A stretch of DNA of 64,000 nucleotides from Pseudobdellovibrionaceae bacterium (GCA_018663505.1 JABJQG010000020.1:152152-216151), one strand, 5' to 3'. Positions 29,051 to 39,938 are shown, counted from the first letter of the stretch. Numbers and translations are program-made. The notes: generated by a model not told the origin, from the sequence alone.

Positions 29051-30139
29051 ATGATGTGGCTTGATAATAACTACAACAAACCGGAGTTGTACAAAATGAT
29101 GAGAATGCTATCTAGCCATAGGCTTAAAATTTCCCTTTACCTGATTTGCTTAAGTGCATGTTTAATATTCTCACAGCAAACATTTGCCCAGAAGGCTTGT
29201 TACAATTTTTTCTCGCCAACCAGGAGTATAACTGAACAGCCTGGACAATATGATAATGCATTTAAAGATTTAAAAAAGGCCCTTCCCATGTACAGGAAGA
29301 ATGCCACAGATAACTTTGATACAAAAGAAAAAGTCCACAAACTTTTGGTTGAACTTACGTCTCAAGTTCAAGTGCTTCGAGCATTTAAATCAAATATCCC
29401 TCGTGAGCTTACCAACAACATTGCCATCACAAAGTATCTAACAAACCTGTTACAAACCAGACTGAAGGAGCTAGAAACTGATTATCTTAAATTAAAAAAT
29501 GAAGAAATGCTACTGGAGTCCTACAGTAACACTCTTTTAATGTGGAAAAGAACTCTATCCAGCCTACAAATTGCTCTAAAGTCAAACCATATAGTCAATG
29601 CAAACAGCACCTTAGAAAATATTATCGGCAAGAAACATTATGAAGACTTTATGCAGTCATCCAACTTAAACCATAAAGACAAACTTACCCACTTATTTAT
29701 CCCCTTAGTGGAATCCTTACCCAATAAAAAACAAACTCTTATTGATGTTTTTTTTGTTGAAAAAGGGGATGTGCTGGATAGAAACACAAGTGCTCTACTG
29801 CTGTTTAAAATTCAATTCTACAAAGATCTCAATCACTACTTTCGTACAAATCAAATAAATATGGAAATAGCCCCTTACTTTACTGGTAATGGGCGTATTA
29901 ACAAGAATATTCTTAAAAAACTTAAAGCTAATTTTACTCCATACTATAATGAACTCAATGCTATTTTTGTGAAACAAACCACTCGTCAAGTCAAGTTTGA
30001 CAGACATACGAGAGAATCGAAACATTTAGTACGACATGCGAAAAATTCTCAAGATAGAAGTGCAAATGATACACGACATAATAAGAAATATCGAAAAGAT
30101 CATAAACATGGTGATCCTGACCTAAAAAATTATAGATAA
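29051..30139 (+). CDS. secreted hypothetical protein with basic C-terminal tail
   Basis: 362 aa. Probable start at 29096 (MMRMLSSHRLKISLYLICLSACLIFSQQTFA). No recognised domain. Confidence 0.5.
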   Translation: MMWLDNNYNKPELYKMMRMLSSHRLKISLYLICLSACLIFSQQTFAQKACYNFFSPTRSITEQPGQYDNAFKDLKKALPMYRKNATDNFDTKEKVHKLLVELTSQVQVLRAFKSNIPRELTNNIAITKYLTNLLQTRLKELETDYLKLKNEEMLLESYSNTLLMWKRTLSSLQIALKSNHIVNANSTLENIIGKKHYEDFMQSSNLNHKDKLTHLFIPLVESLPNKKQTLIDVFFVEKGDVLDRNTSALLLFKIQFYKDLNHYFRTNQINMEIAPYFTGNGRINKNILKKLKANFTPYYNELNAIFVKQTTRQVKFDRHTRESKHLVRHAKNSQDRSANDTRHNKKYRKDHKHGDPDLKNYR

Positions 30140-30276
30140 CCCGTCTAAATAAAATGACAGCTAATTTTCCATATAAGCTCAGCCTATACTGACTGTAAGC
30201 TGTTCTTGAACAGTGATCTATGGTTGATTCCCCACCTTTTTGCCCCTAGGTTCTCCTTAGGAGCGGGGGCGGATCC

Positions 30277-31965
30277 ATGGGGAAACATTTAGTTGTTATA
30301 TATTCAATATTTTTTTTGAGTCTTTTTATTGGCTCGAATTCATCTAAATATACTGAATCAACTGAGTCTCAATTAGCTGAAACTTTTGAACTTTTTATTA
30401 TCCTCAATGAGGGTGTTGACCTCAAAAATTTAAATAAATCTCAAGTGGAAAAACTTCTTGATTGCTCTTCTTGCACTATTTTATATACTTACAAAGAACT
30501 TGGAATGTTGCTCATCGCACCCACCCCTGGCGCAGAGCTCAGTCAGCTCCACAGGAATGCAAATATTTTAAATACATTTCCAAATATTAAAGCGCAACAA
30601 ACTTCATCTACAAATACTTCCATGGACAAGTACAGTCCTGAACTACACCCTCATGACCCTAGAAAAGATAAACCTTTAAAAACTACTTCTAACCCCAGTG
30701 GTTGGGCCCGTGAAATGGTGAATGCTCCCACTAGCCCTACAGCGCCTCAAGGAAAAAATATAAAAATTTTAATCATTGATTCTGGCATTGATAAAAATTC
30801 TGAGGCGTTTAAACACAGTGAAATCATTGGTAAAGATTTTGTGGAAGATGAAAATAGTAAAAATGCACCTTATGAATATTTTGATCATGATGGCCATGGG
30901 ACTCAGGTTGCAGGTATCATTGCAGGCCAGTCCTCCTATATAAAAGGCATAGCTCCAAAAGTAAAACTGTATATTGCTAGAGCCTGTATTAAAGAGGATT
31001 GCTCTTTGAGTTCTGTGACCTACGCTATTAATTGGGGTCTTGAAAATAATGTAGAAATTATTAATATGTCCTTGGGTTGGGACCTTCCCACACGCTCCGG
31101 TGATATTGTTTACAAAAGACTTTATAATAAAGGTGTCACTGTGGTTGCAGCCGCGGGTAACGATGCTGAATCTACGTTTTATCAAAATGGAGAGCTTTCC
31201 TACCCTGCCAATTATAAAGAAACAATCGCCGTGGGATCTGTTGCTTCAGATTTCCAACCCTCAGCATTTTCACAAAATGGTGAGCTACTGACTTTACTGG
31301 CTCCTGGAGAGCAAATACTTTCTGCGGCTCCTAAAGGCACCGGTAGAGTGTCTCATCTGGAAATAAAAGTGGGCAATGATATAACACAAACCCCTAACCT
31401 TAGAATGGAGGGTTCTGCTAGAAATCATACTCCTGTGGATGCAGCTATTGCTTGGGTCAATGATATACATAATATTACAGAAAATCTTTCTGGAAAGATT
31501 GCACTCATTGCAAGAGGAACATTTCATTTTAAGGAAATGGCAGAGGTGGTATCAAACCACGGAGCCTCTGCCTTAATTGTGTATGATAATCTGAATGACA
31601 ATCAAATCACATTAGGTCGACTTAACTACGAGAAGCCATATGATGTTCAAATCCCCGTCATAATGATCTCTAGACAGTCTGGGGAGAGAATTCTTGCGAG
31701 TATAACGAACAACCAAGAGGCTTATGCCCAATTAGTTACAAAAACGGTTAACTATGAACTTGAGGATGGCACCTCCTTTTCAACACCCTTTGTTACTGGC
31801 GCTATTGCTCTTATAAAATCCATTGATCACACAGTTACTCCGTCAGAAATAAAAAATATCCTTACATCTACAGCCAGTAAAATATCAGTGGATTCTAATT
31901 TTTCAGGAGCTGGGGTATTAAATATTAAAGCCGCTATTGAGCAAACAAAAAGACTTTTGAACTAG
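30277..31965 (+). CDS. subtilisin-family (S8) serine protease with inserted PA domain
   Basis: 562 aa. Catalytic triad blocks ILIIDSGID, HGTQVAGII, GTSFSTPFVTGAIAL. PA-like insert GKIALIARGTFHFKEMAEVVSNHGASALIVYDN. Confidence 0.9.
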   Translation: MGKHLVVIYSIFFLSLFIGSNSSKYTESTESQLAETFELFIILNEGVDLKNLNKSQVEKLLDCSSCTILYTYKELGMLLIAPTPGAELSQLHRNANILNTFPNIKAQQTSSTNTSMDKYSPELHPHDPRKDKPLKTTSNPSGWAREMVNAPTSPTAPQGKNIKILIIDSGIDKNSEAFKHSEIIGKDFVEDENSKNAPYEYFDHDGHGTQVAGIIAGQSSYIKGIAPKVKLYIARACIKEDCSLSSVTYAINWGLENNVEIINMSLGWDLPTRSGDIVYKRLYNKGVTVVAAAGNDAESTFYQNGELSYPANYKETIAVGSVASDFQPSAFSQNGELLTLLAPGEQILSAAPKGTGRVSHLEIKVGNDITQTPNLRMEGSARNHTPVDAAIAWVNDIHNITENLSGKIALIARGTFHFKEMAEVVSNHGASALIVYDNLNDNQITLGRLNYEKPYDVQIPVIMISRQSGERILASITNNQEAYAQLVTKTVNYELEDGTSFSTPFVTGAIALIKSIDHTVTPSEIKNILTSTASKISVDSNFSGAGVLNIKAAIEQTKRLLN

Positions 31966-32011
31966 TATCTAAATCGCGTTTCATGTCAGGCTCAATGTAA
32001 TAACAACACTA

Positions 32012-32827
32012 CTAATATGTTTTCTTTAATCGACTTTCATATACCAGTTTTTTAACCCGATCTTTAAGGGCTCGCCTCAAAGCTTTATCAAACTCAGCAA
32101 AACCATGTGATTTTTCTACAAAATAAAATGCATTTTTATTTATAAAACTAATCAGATCTGATCTTTCAGCAGCATTGGACATCATGATAACGGGAATTGT
32201 AATTTTCAAGCTAGACAAGGTATCCAGCACTAATGTTCCTTGCTCATCTGGCAAATGAAAGTCACAAAAAATAGTATGCAGATCTAAGTTGTTTCTGATT
32301 AGTTCTAGGCCTTCTTTAACTGTTCCTGCCACTTGTACATGATATTTGTCATCACTATAATAGGTTTGGAAAGCCTCACCAAGTACACTATCATCATCAA
32401 CAACAAGAAGCTTACAAGCATAATCGCGCTCAATTTTATTTGTATTTTTCTCGCTTTCAAAGCTGTTTGGTACAACAAGAGGAATTAGCTCGACACCATT
32501 ATTTAAACTACCTTGTAGACTCGTCACACCTTTAAGAAAGTAATCAACATAGGCAGCCGGCATATCCTCTTTAGTGTCCAAAGAATTGAGCGCTTCTTCC
32601 ATTTGATGAATGTAATGACTCTCTTTTTCAAAATTAAACATTCCTAAAGAGCCCTTAAGAGAGTGAAAGCAGTTAAATAATTTTTGATATTCATTGTTAA
32701 AAGTGGTGTTCTTCTTTTCAATAGAAATTAGCATTGCCTCGGCTTGCTCTAACAAATCCGTAGCATCGAGCTTAAACTCATTTAACATCTCCTCATCTAA
32801 CAATTCATCATTCTGGTTCATTTTCAA
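32012..32827 (-). CDS. HPt domain + response-regulator receiver fusion protein
   Basis: 271 aa. HPt signature FHSLKGSLGMF. Receiver block KLLVVDDD ... IFCDFHLPDEQG. Confidence 0.7.
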   Translation of the reverse strand: MKMNQNDELLDEEMLNEFKLDATDLLEQAEAMLISIEKKNTTFNNEYQKLFNCFHSLKGSLGMFNFEKESHYIHQMEEALNSLDTKEDMPAAYVDYFLKGVTSLQGSLNNGVELIPLVVPNSFESEKNTNKIERDYACKLLVVDDDSVLGEAFQTYYSDDKYHVQVAGTVKEGLELIRNNLDLHTIFCDFHLPDEQGTLVLDTLSSLKITIPVIMMSNAAERSDLISFINKNAFYFVEKSHGFAEFDKALRRALKDRVKKLVYESRLKKTY

Positions 32828-34379
32828 CTTCTCCCTTGTTATAGGGTAAGGAAATATTAATTTCTGACCCTTTATTCACTTCTGATGAAACTTCTATTTT
32901 ACCACCTGATTTTTTAACAATTTGTTCCACCATTGCCAATCCAAAGCCTGTGCCCTCAGATTGTGAATACATGATATCAAATATTTTTTCTATATCTTCA
33001 TCTTTAATGCCACAGCCATTATCCGAAACAACAATATTAAACTTACCCCATTCATTATCACAAAGGTGAATTTCAATAGTTCCTTGCTCAGGCTGTAATT
33101 TCTCCACAGCATCCACTGAGTTCTTCACTAAATTTAAAATGATGTACTCTAGGTTTTCTTTACTAATTGCAAATTCTTTTACATATTTGCCCCGTAAGCT
33201 TTCATTCAGAAATATATTAATATTACGGTAGGAAAGGTTCTTTTTTATTATTTCAATAATGTCATTAACAGTAATACAAATATCAAACTCTGTGCAATCC
33301 CCCTCAGTTCCAGATTTCATGGTAGAATAGACACTATCCAAAATTTTCAAAACATCCCTAAGGCGTGTTTTTGTTTTTTTACAAATAACATCAAATTTAT
33401 CTTGATTCATGCTTCCCACATTTTTAAATGCATCCATAAATAAAACTAAAGAAGCTAGTGGACCCTTCACATCGTGAGCTAAAGCTGAGGACAATGAGTT
33501 AAGAGCTAACATTTTAGACATATGAATTGTTTTCTCTTGGGTCTTTGCTAGTTCTTCAACTTTTAATGCATACAAATTTTTATAGGAGTCCTCTATCCAC
33601 TTATTTTCTGTAACATCTTGTCGAATTGAAAAATATTTTATAATCTCACCATTGTTACCAAGAATTGGTATTATGGTAGAAAACACCCAATAAAAAGAAC
33701 CGTCTTTCTTCTTATTTTTGATCTCGCCAGCCCAGATATTTTTGTTTTTCAAGGTCTTCCACATGTTCTTAAAAAATTCCTGATCATGTTCACCTGAATT
33801 CACTATACGATGATCTTTACCTAAAAGTTCAGCTTCAGTATACTGAGATACATTACAGAACTTTGAATTAGCACTTAAAATTAGTCCTTTCTCATCGGTT
33901 ACACTGACCAGGCATGTGAGATCAATTGCGCTTCTATAGAAATCCACCGCTGGAATAAAATTGTACTGAATAGTTTGATCTGTTAGATTTGTTTTTTTAA
34001 ACTCCTCATACATGCTTTTTGATTTTAAGAAGTACTTTAATGTAGATACAAACTGATTATCTTGTACAGGTTTTGTTAAGTAAAAATCTGGCCCAGTTTT
34101 TAGTGCACTATCAAAGGTTTGTTGATCATCGTAAGCTGTAAGGAATACAACCTTAGAGTCTGATTTTTGCTTTATCTCACGGGCAAGATCTATTCCACTG
34201 GAAGCACATCCTAAAAAAATATCTAAAATGGCTAAGTCATAGGACTCTCTCTGTATAGCATCAGATGCCGTTTGGTAATCTAAAAATTTATCAACCTTTA
34301 TAGAGTCAAATGACTCGTTTATCAGTTCATAATAGTTTTCTAATACGATAGGGTCATCTTCCACTAATAGTACATTCAT
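32808..34379 (-). CDS. hybrid receiver-PAS-histidine kinase
   Basis: 523 aa. N-terminal receiver (MNVLLVEDD..DLAILDIFL), PAS region, H-box SALAHDVKGPL, and N/G boxes (NLVKNSVDA, DNGCGI, GTGFGL). Confidence 0.85.
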   Translation of the reverse strand: MNVLLVEDDPIVLENYYELINESFDSIKVDKFLDYQTASDAIQRESYDLAILDIFLGCASSGIDLAREIKQKSDSKVVFLTAYDDQQTFDSALKTGPDFYLTKPVQDNQFVSTLKYFLKSKSMYEEFKKTNLTDQTIQYNFIPAVDFYRSAIDLTCLVSVTDEKGLILSANSKFCNVSQYTEAELLGKDHRIVNSGEHDQEFFKNMWKTLKNKNIWAGEIKNKKKDGSFYWVFSTIIPILGNNGEIIKYFSIRQDVTENKWIEDSYKNLYALKVEELAKTQEKTIHMSKMLALNSLSSALAHDVKGPLASLVLFMDAFKNVGSMNQDKFDVICKKTKTRLRDVLKILDSVYSTMKSGTEGDCTEFDICITVNDIIEIIKKNLSYRNINIFLNESLRGKYVKEFAISKENLEYIILNLVKNSVDAVEKLQPEQGTIEIHLCDNEWGKFNIVVSDNGCGIKDEDIEKIFDIMYSQSEGTGFGLAMVEQIVKKSGGKIEVSSEVNKGSEINISLPYNKGEVENEPE

Positions 34380-34473
34380 AAAGTCCCTTTTTTAAATTAC
34401 TTAGTGAGCTCTTGTATGTATTTATGATTACAAAGTAACAACTTTTCAATAATAAGAACAATATAAATATTAT

Positions 34474-35814
34474 TCAACATGGAATTGTCAACATTACTGC
34501 CCTTTGGTCTTCAGCTAAAGCAAATTTATCATAAGGAATATTTAACGAGTGAGTCACTTTCGTAACCATTTGTGCATCAATATTTTCATATTTCGCCTTA
34601 AGCCTTTGGGAGAATAAGTCAATGAGCTTAAGTCCCATCCCCTGTGTCTTACCATGAGGCATACATATTTTGGGTATTTTTTTATAATAATCGCCTGAAT
34701 CAAAATATAATATTTTGAAACTACCCTTAGCTTCACCAAAAAATAATGTTGGAGCAATAGTTATGTCATCCAGTGAAACTCTAGCCTTACCTGTGTTAGT
34801 CAGCAACTCGTTCACAATAAGTCCCAACCAAAAAGCCGAATCAAAGCTAAGTGCAGTTGCCTGTTCAGTGTGGAAATACAGATTCTTCTTTATGGCGAAG
34901 CTGTAACTAGAAAATAGAACTTGCACCAGTTGTGCAAAGTATACTTTGTCAGACTCATTATACTTATACAAAAAGTTATTTACAGTGCTAAAACTTTGAA
35001 GTCGATTTTTTATTTGATCCAAAGCCCCGGAGATTCGCTCGTCAGCATAGGTTCTCTGCTCTAGGGAAAGCAGACTTATTGTCATTTGAAAGTTATTTTT
35101 TACCCTATGAACAATCTCCCTTAAAAGAGCATCTTTTTCTGTGCTATCACTTACAACGCCCAATATCCTGTCTTTATCTAGCTCTAAGCAAACTACATTA
35201 AAGTGCTTCTCATCACGGCTGATATCCAGATTCCCTCGCCCGCCCACTATGATTTTTCCTAGTTCTCTTTTTAATTTCACCAAGTAGTCTTTAGGAAATA
35301 TATCCAGAAAGCTCTGTCCCATTAATTCCTTTTGGGAGGCGGCCATTTCCTTTGGGTTATAAACCTCTTGAATATTAAATTTCTTATCCATAACAATGTA
35401 AGAGAACGGCGAACTTGAGATCAGCATTTTGTTAAATTTGGCCTTTTCTAAAACCTGAATATTCTTAATCCTTAATTCTTCTTCAAATAGAGCTAATTGC
35501 TCTAAAAGCCGTAACTCAATTTCAAAAAGGCTCCTATGCATAGATCTTTCTTTTAAAAAATTCCTTAAATTTTCTGAGGAACCTTCTAGTGCGTAGGTCA
35601 GTGGGCGGATCACCCTGTTGGCATAAAAAAGCACCACGACAATCACCATCAGGATATTTTTAATCAAATCTAATACTGTAAGAGAAATAGGATCTGTAAT
35701 GGTAAAAACAGATAAGAACACTACACGCAATATTGCAAATAACACACTCACTGCTATGATCGTTAGCACAAACCGTAAAATCCATTGATTTCTTCTATTA
35801 ACCATTACAATCAC
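34474..35814 (-). CDS. membrane sensor histidine kinase, HisKA_2 (HWE-like) type
   Basis: 446 aa. TM segments, a PAS-like region, and H-box EIVHRVKNNFQMTISLLSLE. Confidence 0.75.
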   Translation of the reverse strand: MIVMVNRRNQWILRFVLTIIAVSVLFAILRVVFLSVFTITDPISLTVLDLIKNILMVIVVVLFYANRVIRPLTYALEGSSENLRNFLKERSMHRSLFEIELRLLEQLALFEEELRIKNIQVLEKAKFNKMLISSSPFSYIVMDKKFNIQEVYNPKEMAASQKELMGQSFLDIFPKDYLVKLKRELGKIIVGGRGNLDISRDEKHFNVVCLELDKDRILGVVSDSTEKDALLREIVHRVKNNFQMTISLLSLEQRTYADERISGALDQIKNRLQSFSTVNNFLYKYNESDKVYFAQLVQVLFSSYSFAIKKNLYFHTEQATALSFDSAFWLGLIVNELLTNTGKARVSLDDITIAPTLFFGEAKGSFKILYFDSGDYYKKIPKICMPHGKTQGMGLKLIDLFSQRLKAKYENIDAQMVTKVTHSLNIPYDKFALAEDQRAVMLTIPC

Positions 35815-35875
35815 TTGTCTTAACTGTTGCCCAGTTTATTTGTTCAATATAGCATAAAGCAAACATTGGACATTT

Positions 35876-37822
35876 ATGACCCTACCACTCAACCATAAAT
35901 TGAATCATATTGGTGTAGCTGCTATCTATATTTTGTACGATACATTACATAATAATCTTACTGGTGGTGTCAACACCAATATAGAGTCCATAGCCCACTT
36001 CGGGTTAGCCTCGGGGTTCAGCTTCTACTTATTTTATTTGTACGGCTATCGTTACTTTGCAACAATTTTCATAAGCATTACCGCGAGTCACAGCTTTTTC
36101 CTAAACGGCAATGTGCTTTCAGCCTTTATTGAAGCCTCATCAATAACAACCTATGGCTTAGTTGGCAGCCTTATTCTTTCAAAATACACCTCTAAGTCGC
36201 ATTCTATTTTTACTTACCCAAAGGATGTGCAATTTTTTATATTTAGTGCACTAGGTGCCTCATTGACACCTTTTATTTTAAGCCTATCAAAATCATTATT
36301 TGAAAGCGCAGATTCCTTTAACTTATTTCTTTCACTAAAGTGGGCTACTCTCTCCAGTTTATCCTACTTTTCAGGGGCTCTCATTCTCACTCCACTTTTA
36401 CTTGTTTGGCATAATCCTTTTACATTAAAAAAGTCTGTGAAAAAAAACATTATTACTTTTTTAAGGCAAATTGCGCAAAGGTACACTAATTTCCTGTACT
36501 ACTTCATATTACTTGTTATTTGTGACTTCGTATTTTTTAGATATGTATTTTCCGCTAGTTACCCCAATTACCCTCTAGCATACCTCCCCTTTATCATGCT
36601 AATTTGGGCCAGCTTTAAATACAGCTATCGCCAGGTCGCCGTGATTACATTTATTATTTCCTTCTCAGCCCTATTTGGCACCATACATGGCCATGGCCCT
36701 TTTCACTTTAGCACCCCCTATATTAATACTTTATTGGCGCACCTCTTTTTAATAGTTACCTCTTTATCTGGACTCATTATCGTATCGTACCTTGCTGAAA
36801 AAGCACTCATTCAAAATAAAATAAATATTGAAAAAGAACACTATCGACTAAGTCAAAGCTTTGCTAATGTTGGCACCTGGGTATGGAAAATTGAAACGGG
36901 TGAGAGGTTCTGGTCAGAAAGAATTACGTCACTTCTTGGTTACCAAAAATCCACCCCTGAAGCCACTTACCCTAACTTCATTAAGGCGGTACACCCTGAG
37001 GACCGGAGTCTTGTTGAATCCGCAATCCAAAACTGTATTGAAAAAAATCTAGATTATGACATAAAGCATCGTGTTATCTGGGATGACAATAGCGTGCATT
37101 GGCTTCATGAAAAAGGGAGCGTTACTAGAGACCTAAACGGACAAGCTCTGGATATGATTGGCACCATCTCCGATATTACAATTAATAAGTCCTTCGAAGA
37201 AAAAATACAAAGCCAACTTAATGAGAAAAACATACTCCTTCGTGAGGTACACCATCGAGTAAAAAATAATTTGCAAACTATAATTTCACTCATCGCTATG
37301 CAAACAAATAATTCTCAAAGCCAAGAAGTCCAAGACATTTTTAAAGGGTTGCAATCTCGGTTGTTAACTATTGCTATGGTCCACAAACAGCTATATGACA
37401 AAGAAAACACATCCTCTGTTAACCTATATCAATTTATTAATGAGCTTATGGAGCATGCCTCGAGCCTTTTTGATTTTGACCAAAACAATATTAATTTAAC
37501 TCAGCTCAACAAGAACTTATTGTTAGATTTAGATAGAGTTATTGCTTGTGGGCTCATAATTAACGAGCTCATTACCAACTCGTTAAAACATATTTTTCCA
37601 CTCAATAATGGTTTACAGATCCAACTGACTATAGATAATAAAGATAAGGAAATTCTAGTATCTTATACTGATAATGGTCCAGGAAGTCAGGACCACGCCA
37701 CCTCTGACAACCCCTCTCACCTTGGGTTAAAGCTTATCAGTTTACTGAGCCAACAACTTCAGGCCAAGCATACTTTAAACCTCAAACATAGTTGCGATTT
37801 TCAAATGAGGTTCAAGGCATGA
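35876..37822 (+). CDS. MASE1-like membrane domain + PAS + HisKA_2-type histidine kinase
   Basis: 648 aa. About 8 TM segments at the N-terminus, PAS (WVWKIETGERFWSERI), H-box EVHHRVKNNLQTIISLIAMQ, ATPase blocks NELITNSLKH, DNGPG, GLKLI. Confidence 0.8.
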   Translation: MTLPLNHKLNHIGVAAIYILYDTLHNNLTGGVNTNIESIAHFGLASGFSFYLFYLYGYRYFATIFISITASHSFFLNGNVLSAFIEASSITTYGLVGSLILSKYTSKSHSIFTYPKDVQFFIFSALGASLTPFILSLSKSLFESADSFNLFLSLKWATLSSLSYFSGALILTPLLLVWHNPFTLKKSVKKNIITFLRQIAQRYTNFLYYFILLVICDFVFFRYVFSASYPNYPLAYLPFIMLIWASFKYSYRQVAVITFIISFSALFGTIHGHGPFHFSTPYINTLLAHLFLIVTSLSGLIIVSYLAEKALIQNKINIEKEHYRLSQSFANVGTWVWKIETGERFWSERITSLLGYQKSTPEATYPNFIKAVHPEDRSLVESAIQNCIEKNLDYDIKHRVIWDDNSVHWLHEKGSVTRDLNGQALDMIGTISDITINKSFEEKIQSQLNEKNILLREVHHRVKNNLQTIISLIAMQTNNSQSQEVQDIFKGLQSRLLTIAMVHKQLYDKENTSSVNLYQFINELMEHASSLFDFDQNNINLTQLNKNLLLDLDRVIACGLIINELITNSLKHIFPLNNGLQIQLTIDNKDKEILVSYTDNGPGSQDHATSDNPSHLGLKLISLLSQQLQAKHTLNLKHSCDFQMRFKA

Positions 37823-38196
37823 AAGCAGATGACATAGTATTAATCATTGAGGACAATGCCTTAATCGCCTCAGGCACACAACTTATGTTGGAAGAAATGG
37901 GTTATACTCAAGTACTAATTGCAAATATAGCCAGCGAAGCTGAAAAACTTTTTACTCAATTTAATCCAGCGTTGGCCCTCATCGATATTGCAATCGGTGA
38001 GGAGCACATAGATGGAATACACTTGGCCCATAAGCTGAATGCTAGTAACAAAGCGCAAGTGAAAATAATTTTCATTAGCGCTTATAATGATAAAGCCAAC
38101 TTAGAGCGCATAAAAGAAATTAAAGGTTCATTATTTTTAGAGAAACCATTTTCTATATCTCAATTAAAATCCATTATATCAAAAGCTATGGATTAA
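37819..38196 (+). CDS. stand-alone response-regulator receiver protein
   Basis: Start placed at the ATG at 37819 (MKADDIVLIIEDN), giving an ATGA overlap with the kinase stop. LALIDIAI acceptor-Asp context and ISAY..K blocks. Confidence 0.75.
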   Translation: MKADDIVLIIEDNALIASGTQLMLEEMGYTQVLIANIASEAEKLFTQFNPALALIDIAIGEEHIDGIHLAHKLNASNKAQVKIIFISAYNDKANLERIKEIKGSLFLEKPFSISQLKSIISKAMD

Positions 38197-38212
38197 AAAG
38201 CATGGGATCTAA

Positions 38213-38632
38213 TTATTTCTTACGAATAGCCACCGTAAGCCGAGAGACGCAAATTAAATTATCTGAATCATCAAAAATTTCCATGCCCCAGACTTGGGTG
38301 GTTACACCTCGATGTATTGGTCGGCCCACACCTCGTACAGATCCTGAGCGCACAGCCTTTATATGATTGGCGTTCACTTCGATACCAAAAGCGGCGTACT
38401 TATCCATATCCACTGTAAGGTTAGCCGCCACACTGCCAATGCTTTCTGCTAGCACTACACTGGCTCCGCCATGTAAATAACCGTAAGGTTGATGTGTTTT
38501 TTCGCACACAGGCATGGTTGCTGTTATGCTATGATCGGTGATTTCTGTGAAAACTATATCCAAATACTTAAGCATACACTTTGAGTTAAAAGCATTTACT
38601 TCTGGTAGGCTCATTTTTTTAAACCAAATCAT
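38213..38632 (-). CDS. PaaI/YbdB/YdiI-type hotdog-fold thioesterase
   Basis: 139 aa. QPYGYLHGGASVVLAESIGS is the family signature. Confidence 0.8.
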   Translation of the reverse strand: MIWFKKMSLPEVNAFNSKCMLKYLDIVFTEITDHSITATMPVCEKTHQPYGYLHGGASVVLAESIGSVAANLTVDMDKYAAFGIEVNANHIKAVRSGSVRGVGRPIHRGVTTQVWGMEIFDDSDNLICVSRLTVAIRKK

Positions 38633-38662
38633 AACAACTCCTTTTTAATTTAAAAAACACTT

Positions 38663-39433
38663 TTAATACCTGTAGGTGCCTTGGTATAAAAATGTAGATT
38701 TCCCATCTAAGATACTAGAAACGTAGCCACCAAAAGCCATGTTGTGCTGCCAGTTCTTATCTTTTTTCCAAGTGAAATTAATGGTGTTTTGCTCGGAATG
38801 ATTTCTCACCTCAATTGCCGTTGCTTTAATATGTAAAGCACTTACAACCCACTTATCATTAATAAAATAGCCCGCAAGATGCTGGTCGATGTGAATTTTA
38901 TCACCACTATGTTTTAACACAAGACCTGTGGAGGAATCCATAAAGTCGGATTGAAATTCGTCTCTCTGAGAGACACTATGGCGGACCAATTTTAGTTTAT
39001 AAAAAACAGATTTATACTTATAGGCCCCATGAAATTCTATAAAATTTTTATCCACACCGCCTATACAGTGATAAGTTTCACAATCATAAGCTGAGTACTC
39101 TTTATTGTTAAACGAGGTGGCTTTACCCAGTTTGATCCCAATAAATGAAATGGGAAAAAGAGCCACCTCTGCTTTTAAAGCATTAAAAGTTCCGGCTGTG
39201 TAAAAAGTGGCTGAAGGTGCCACAAAACCATGCTTGAAATTGGGTTGCGCCTCTGCCCCCTGATCTCCCCATATGATGTATTTTTTTTCGCCCTTAGCAG
39301 AAACCACTCCACCTATGGGGAATGTCCTAAAACCGCCATTTAATTCGTATTTTACGGGTTCGGCCTGCATTAGCATGGGCACAATGAGCATCCAAAATGT
39401 AACAACTTTAACAATCATAGCCATGTTTAACAT
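38663..39433 (-). CDS. secreted hypothetical protein, possible outer-membrane beta-barrel
   Basis: 256 aa. Signal peptide, alternating-hydrophobicity strands, aromatic C-terminus (..GTYRY). Confidence 0.4.
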   Translation of the reverse strand: MLNMAMIVKVVTFWMLIVPMLMQAEPVKYELNGGFRTFPIGGVVSAKGEKKYIIWGDQGAEAQPNFKHGFVAPSATFYTAGTFNALKAEVALFPISFIGIKLGKATSFNNKEYSAYDCETYHCIGGVDKNFIEFHGAYKYKSVFYKLKLVRHSVSQRDEFQSDFMDSSTGLVLKHSGDKIHIDQHLAGYFINDKWVVSALHIKATAIEVRNHSEQNTINFTWKKDKNWQHNMAFGGYVSSILDGKSTFLYQGTYRY

Positions 39434-39554
39434 AAAACACCCATTCCCTTTCTATTAAAAATCTTCACCCCTTGCTTTTTAAAAACACTTTGTGCAATGA
39501 TCAATGAAATAGCACTTAACACATACCGTAATTTGAATTTTAAAAGGGGGACTT

Positions 39555-39896
39555 ATGAAATTCTTAATATCAGCAGCAATATTACTTGCCATCGCAAACA
39601 CAGCACAAGCAAGGGACTTAAAAATTCTAAGCTTTGTGAGGATTAATCCAGCAACAACCCAGGATCAAGCCCATGAGGTATGTGGTCAGGTTATTGGCCA
39701 AGTCACAGTGAATGACAGACTACTAGTCACGGCCGATCCTGGTAAGTATGAAGGGTTCTATGTAACATTACCCACAGAAAAAGGTTATTTCTGTCAAATT
39801 ATTAGATCTTTACATGGACGAGTTCAAGTAGAGCTTAAATCCTTTGCATCTACTCGTAGCGTGATTAGAACAGCCTCTTCTGGTTTAAAAAGATAA
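39555..39896 (+). CDS. small secreted hypothetical protein
   Basis: 113 aa. Signal peptide MKFLISAAILLAIANTAQA. Confidence 0.5.
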   Translation: MKFLISAAILLAIANTAQARDLKILSFVRINPATTQDQAHEVCGQVIGQVTVNDRLLVTADPGKYEGFYVTLPTEKGYFCQIIRSLHGRVQVELKSFASTRSVIRTASSGLKR

Positions 39897-39905
39897 TTGA
39901 TTTTG

Positions 39906-39930
39906 AAAAAGGCAAATGTTGCCTTTTTCT
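39906..39930. terminator. bidirectional rho-independent terminator between convergent genes
   Basis: 10 bp stem AAAAAGGCAA-ATG-TTGCCTTTTT. A- and T-runs flank it on both strands. Confidence 0.7.
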
Positions 39931-39938
39931 GTTACACT

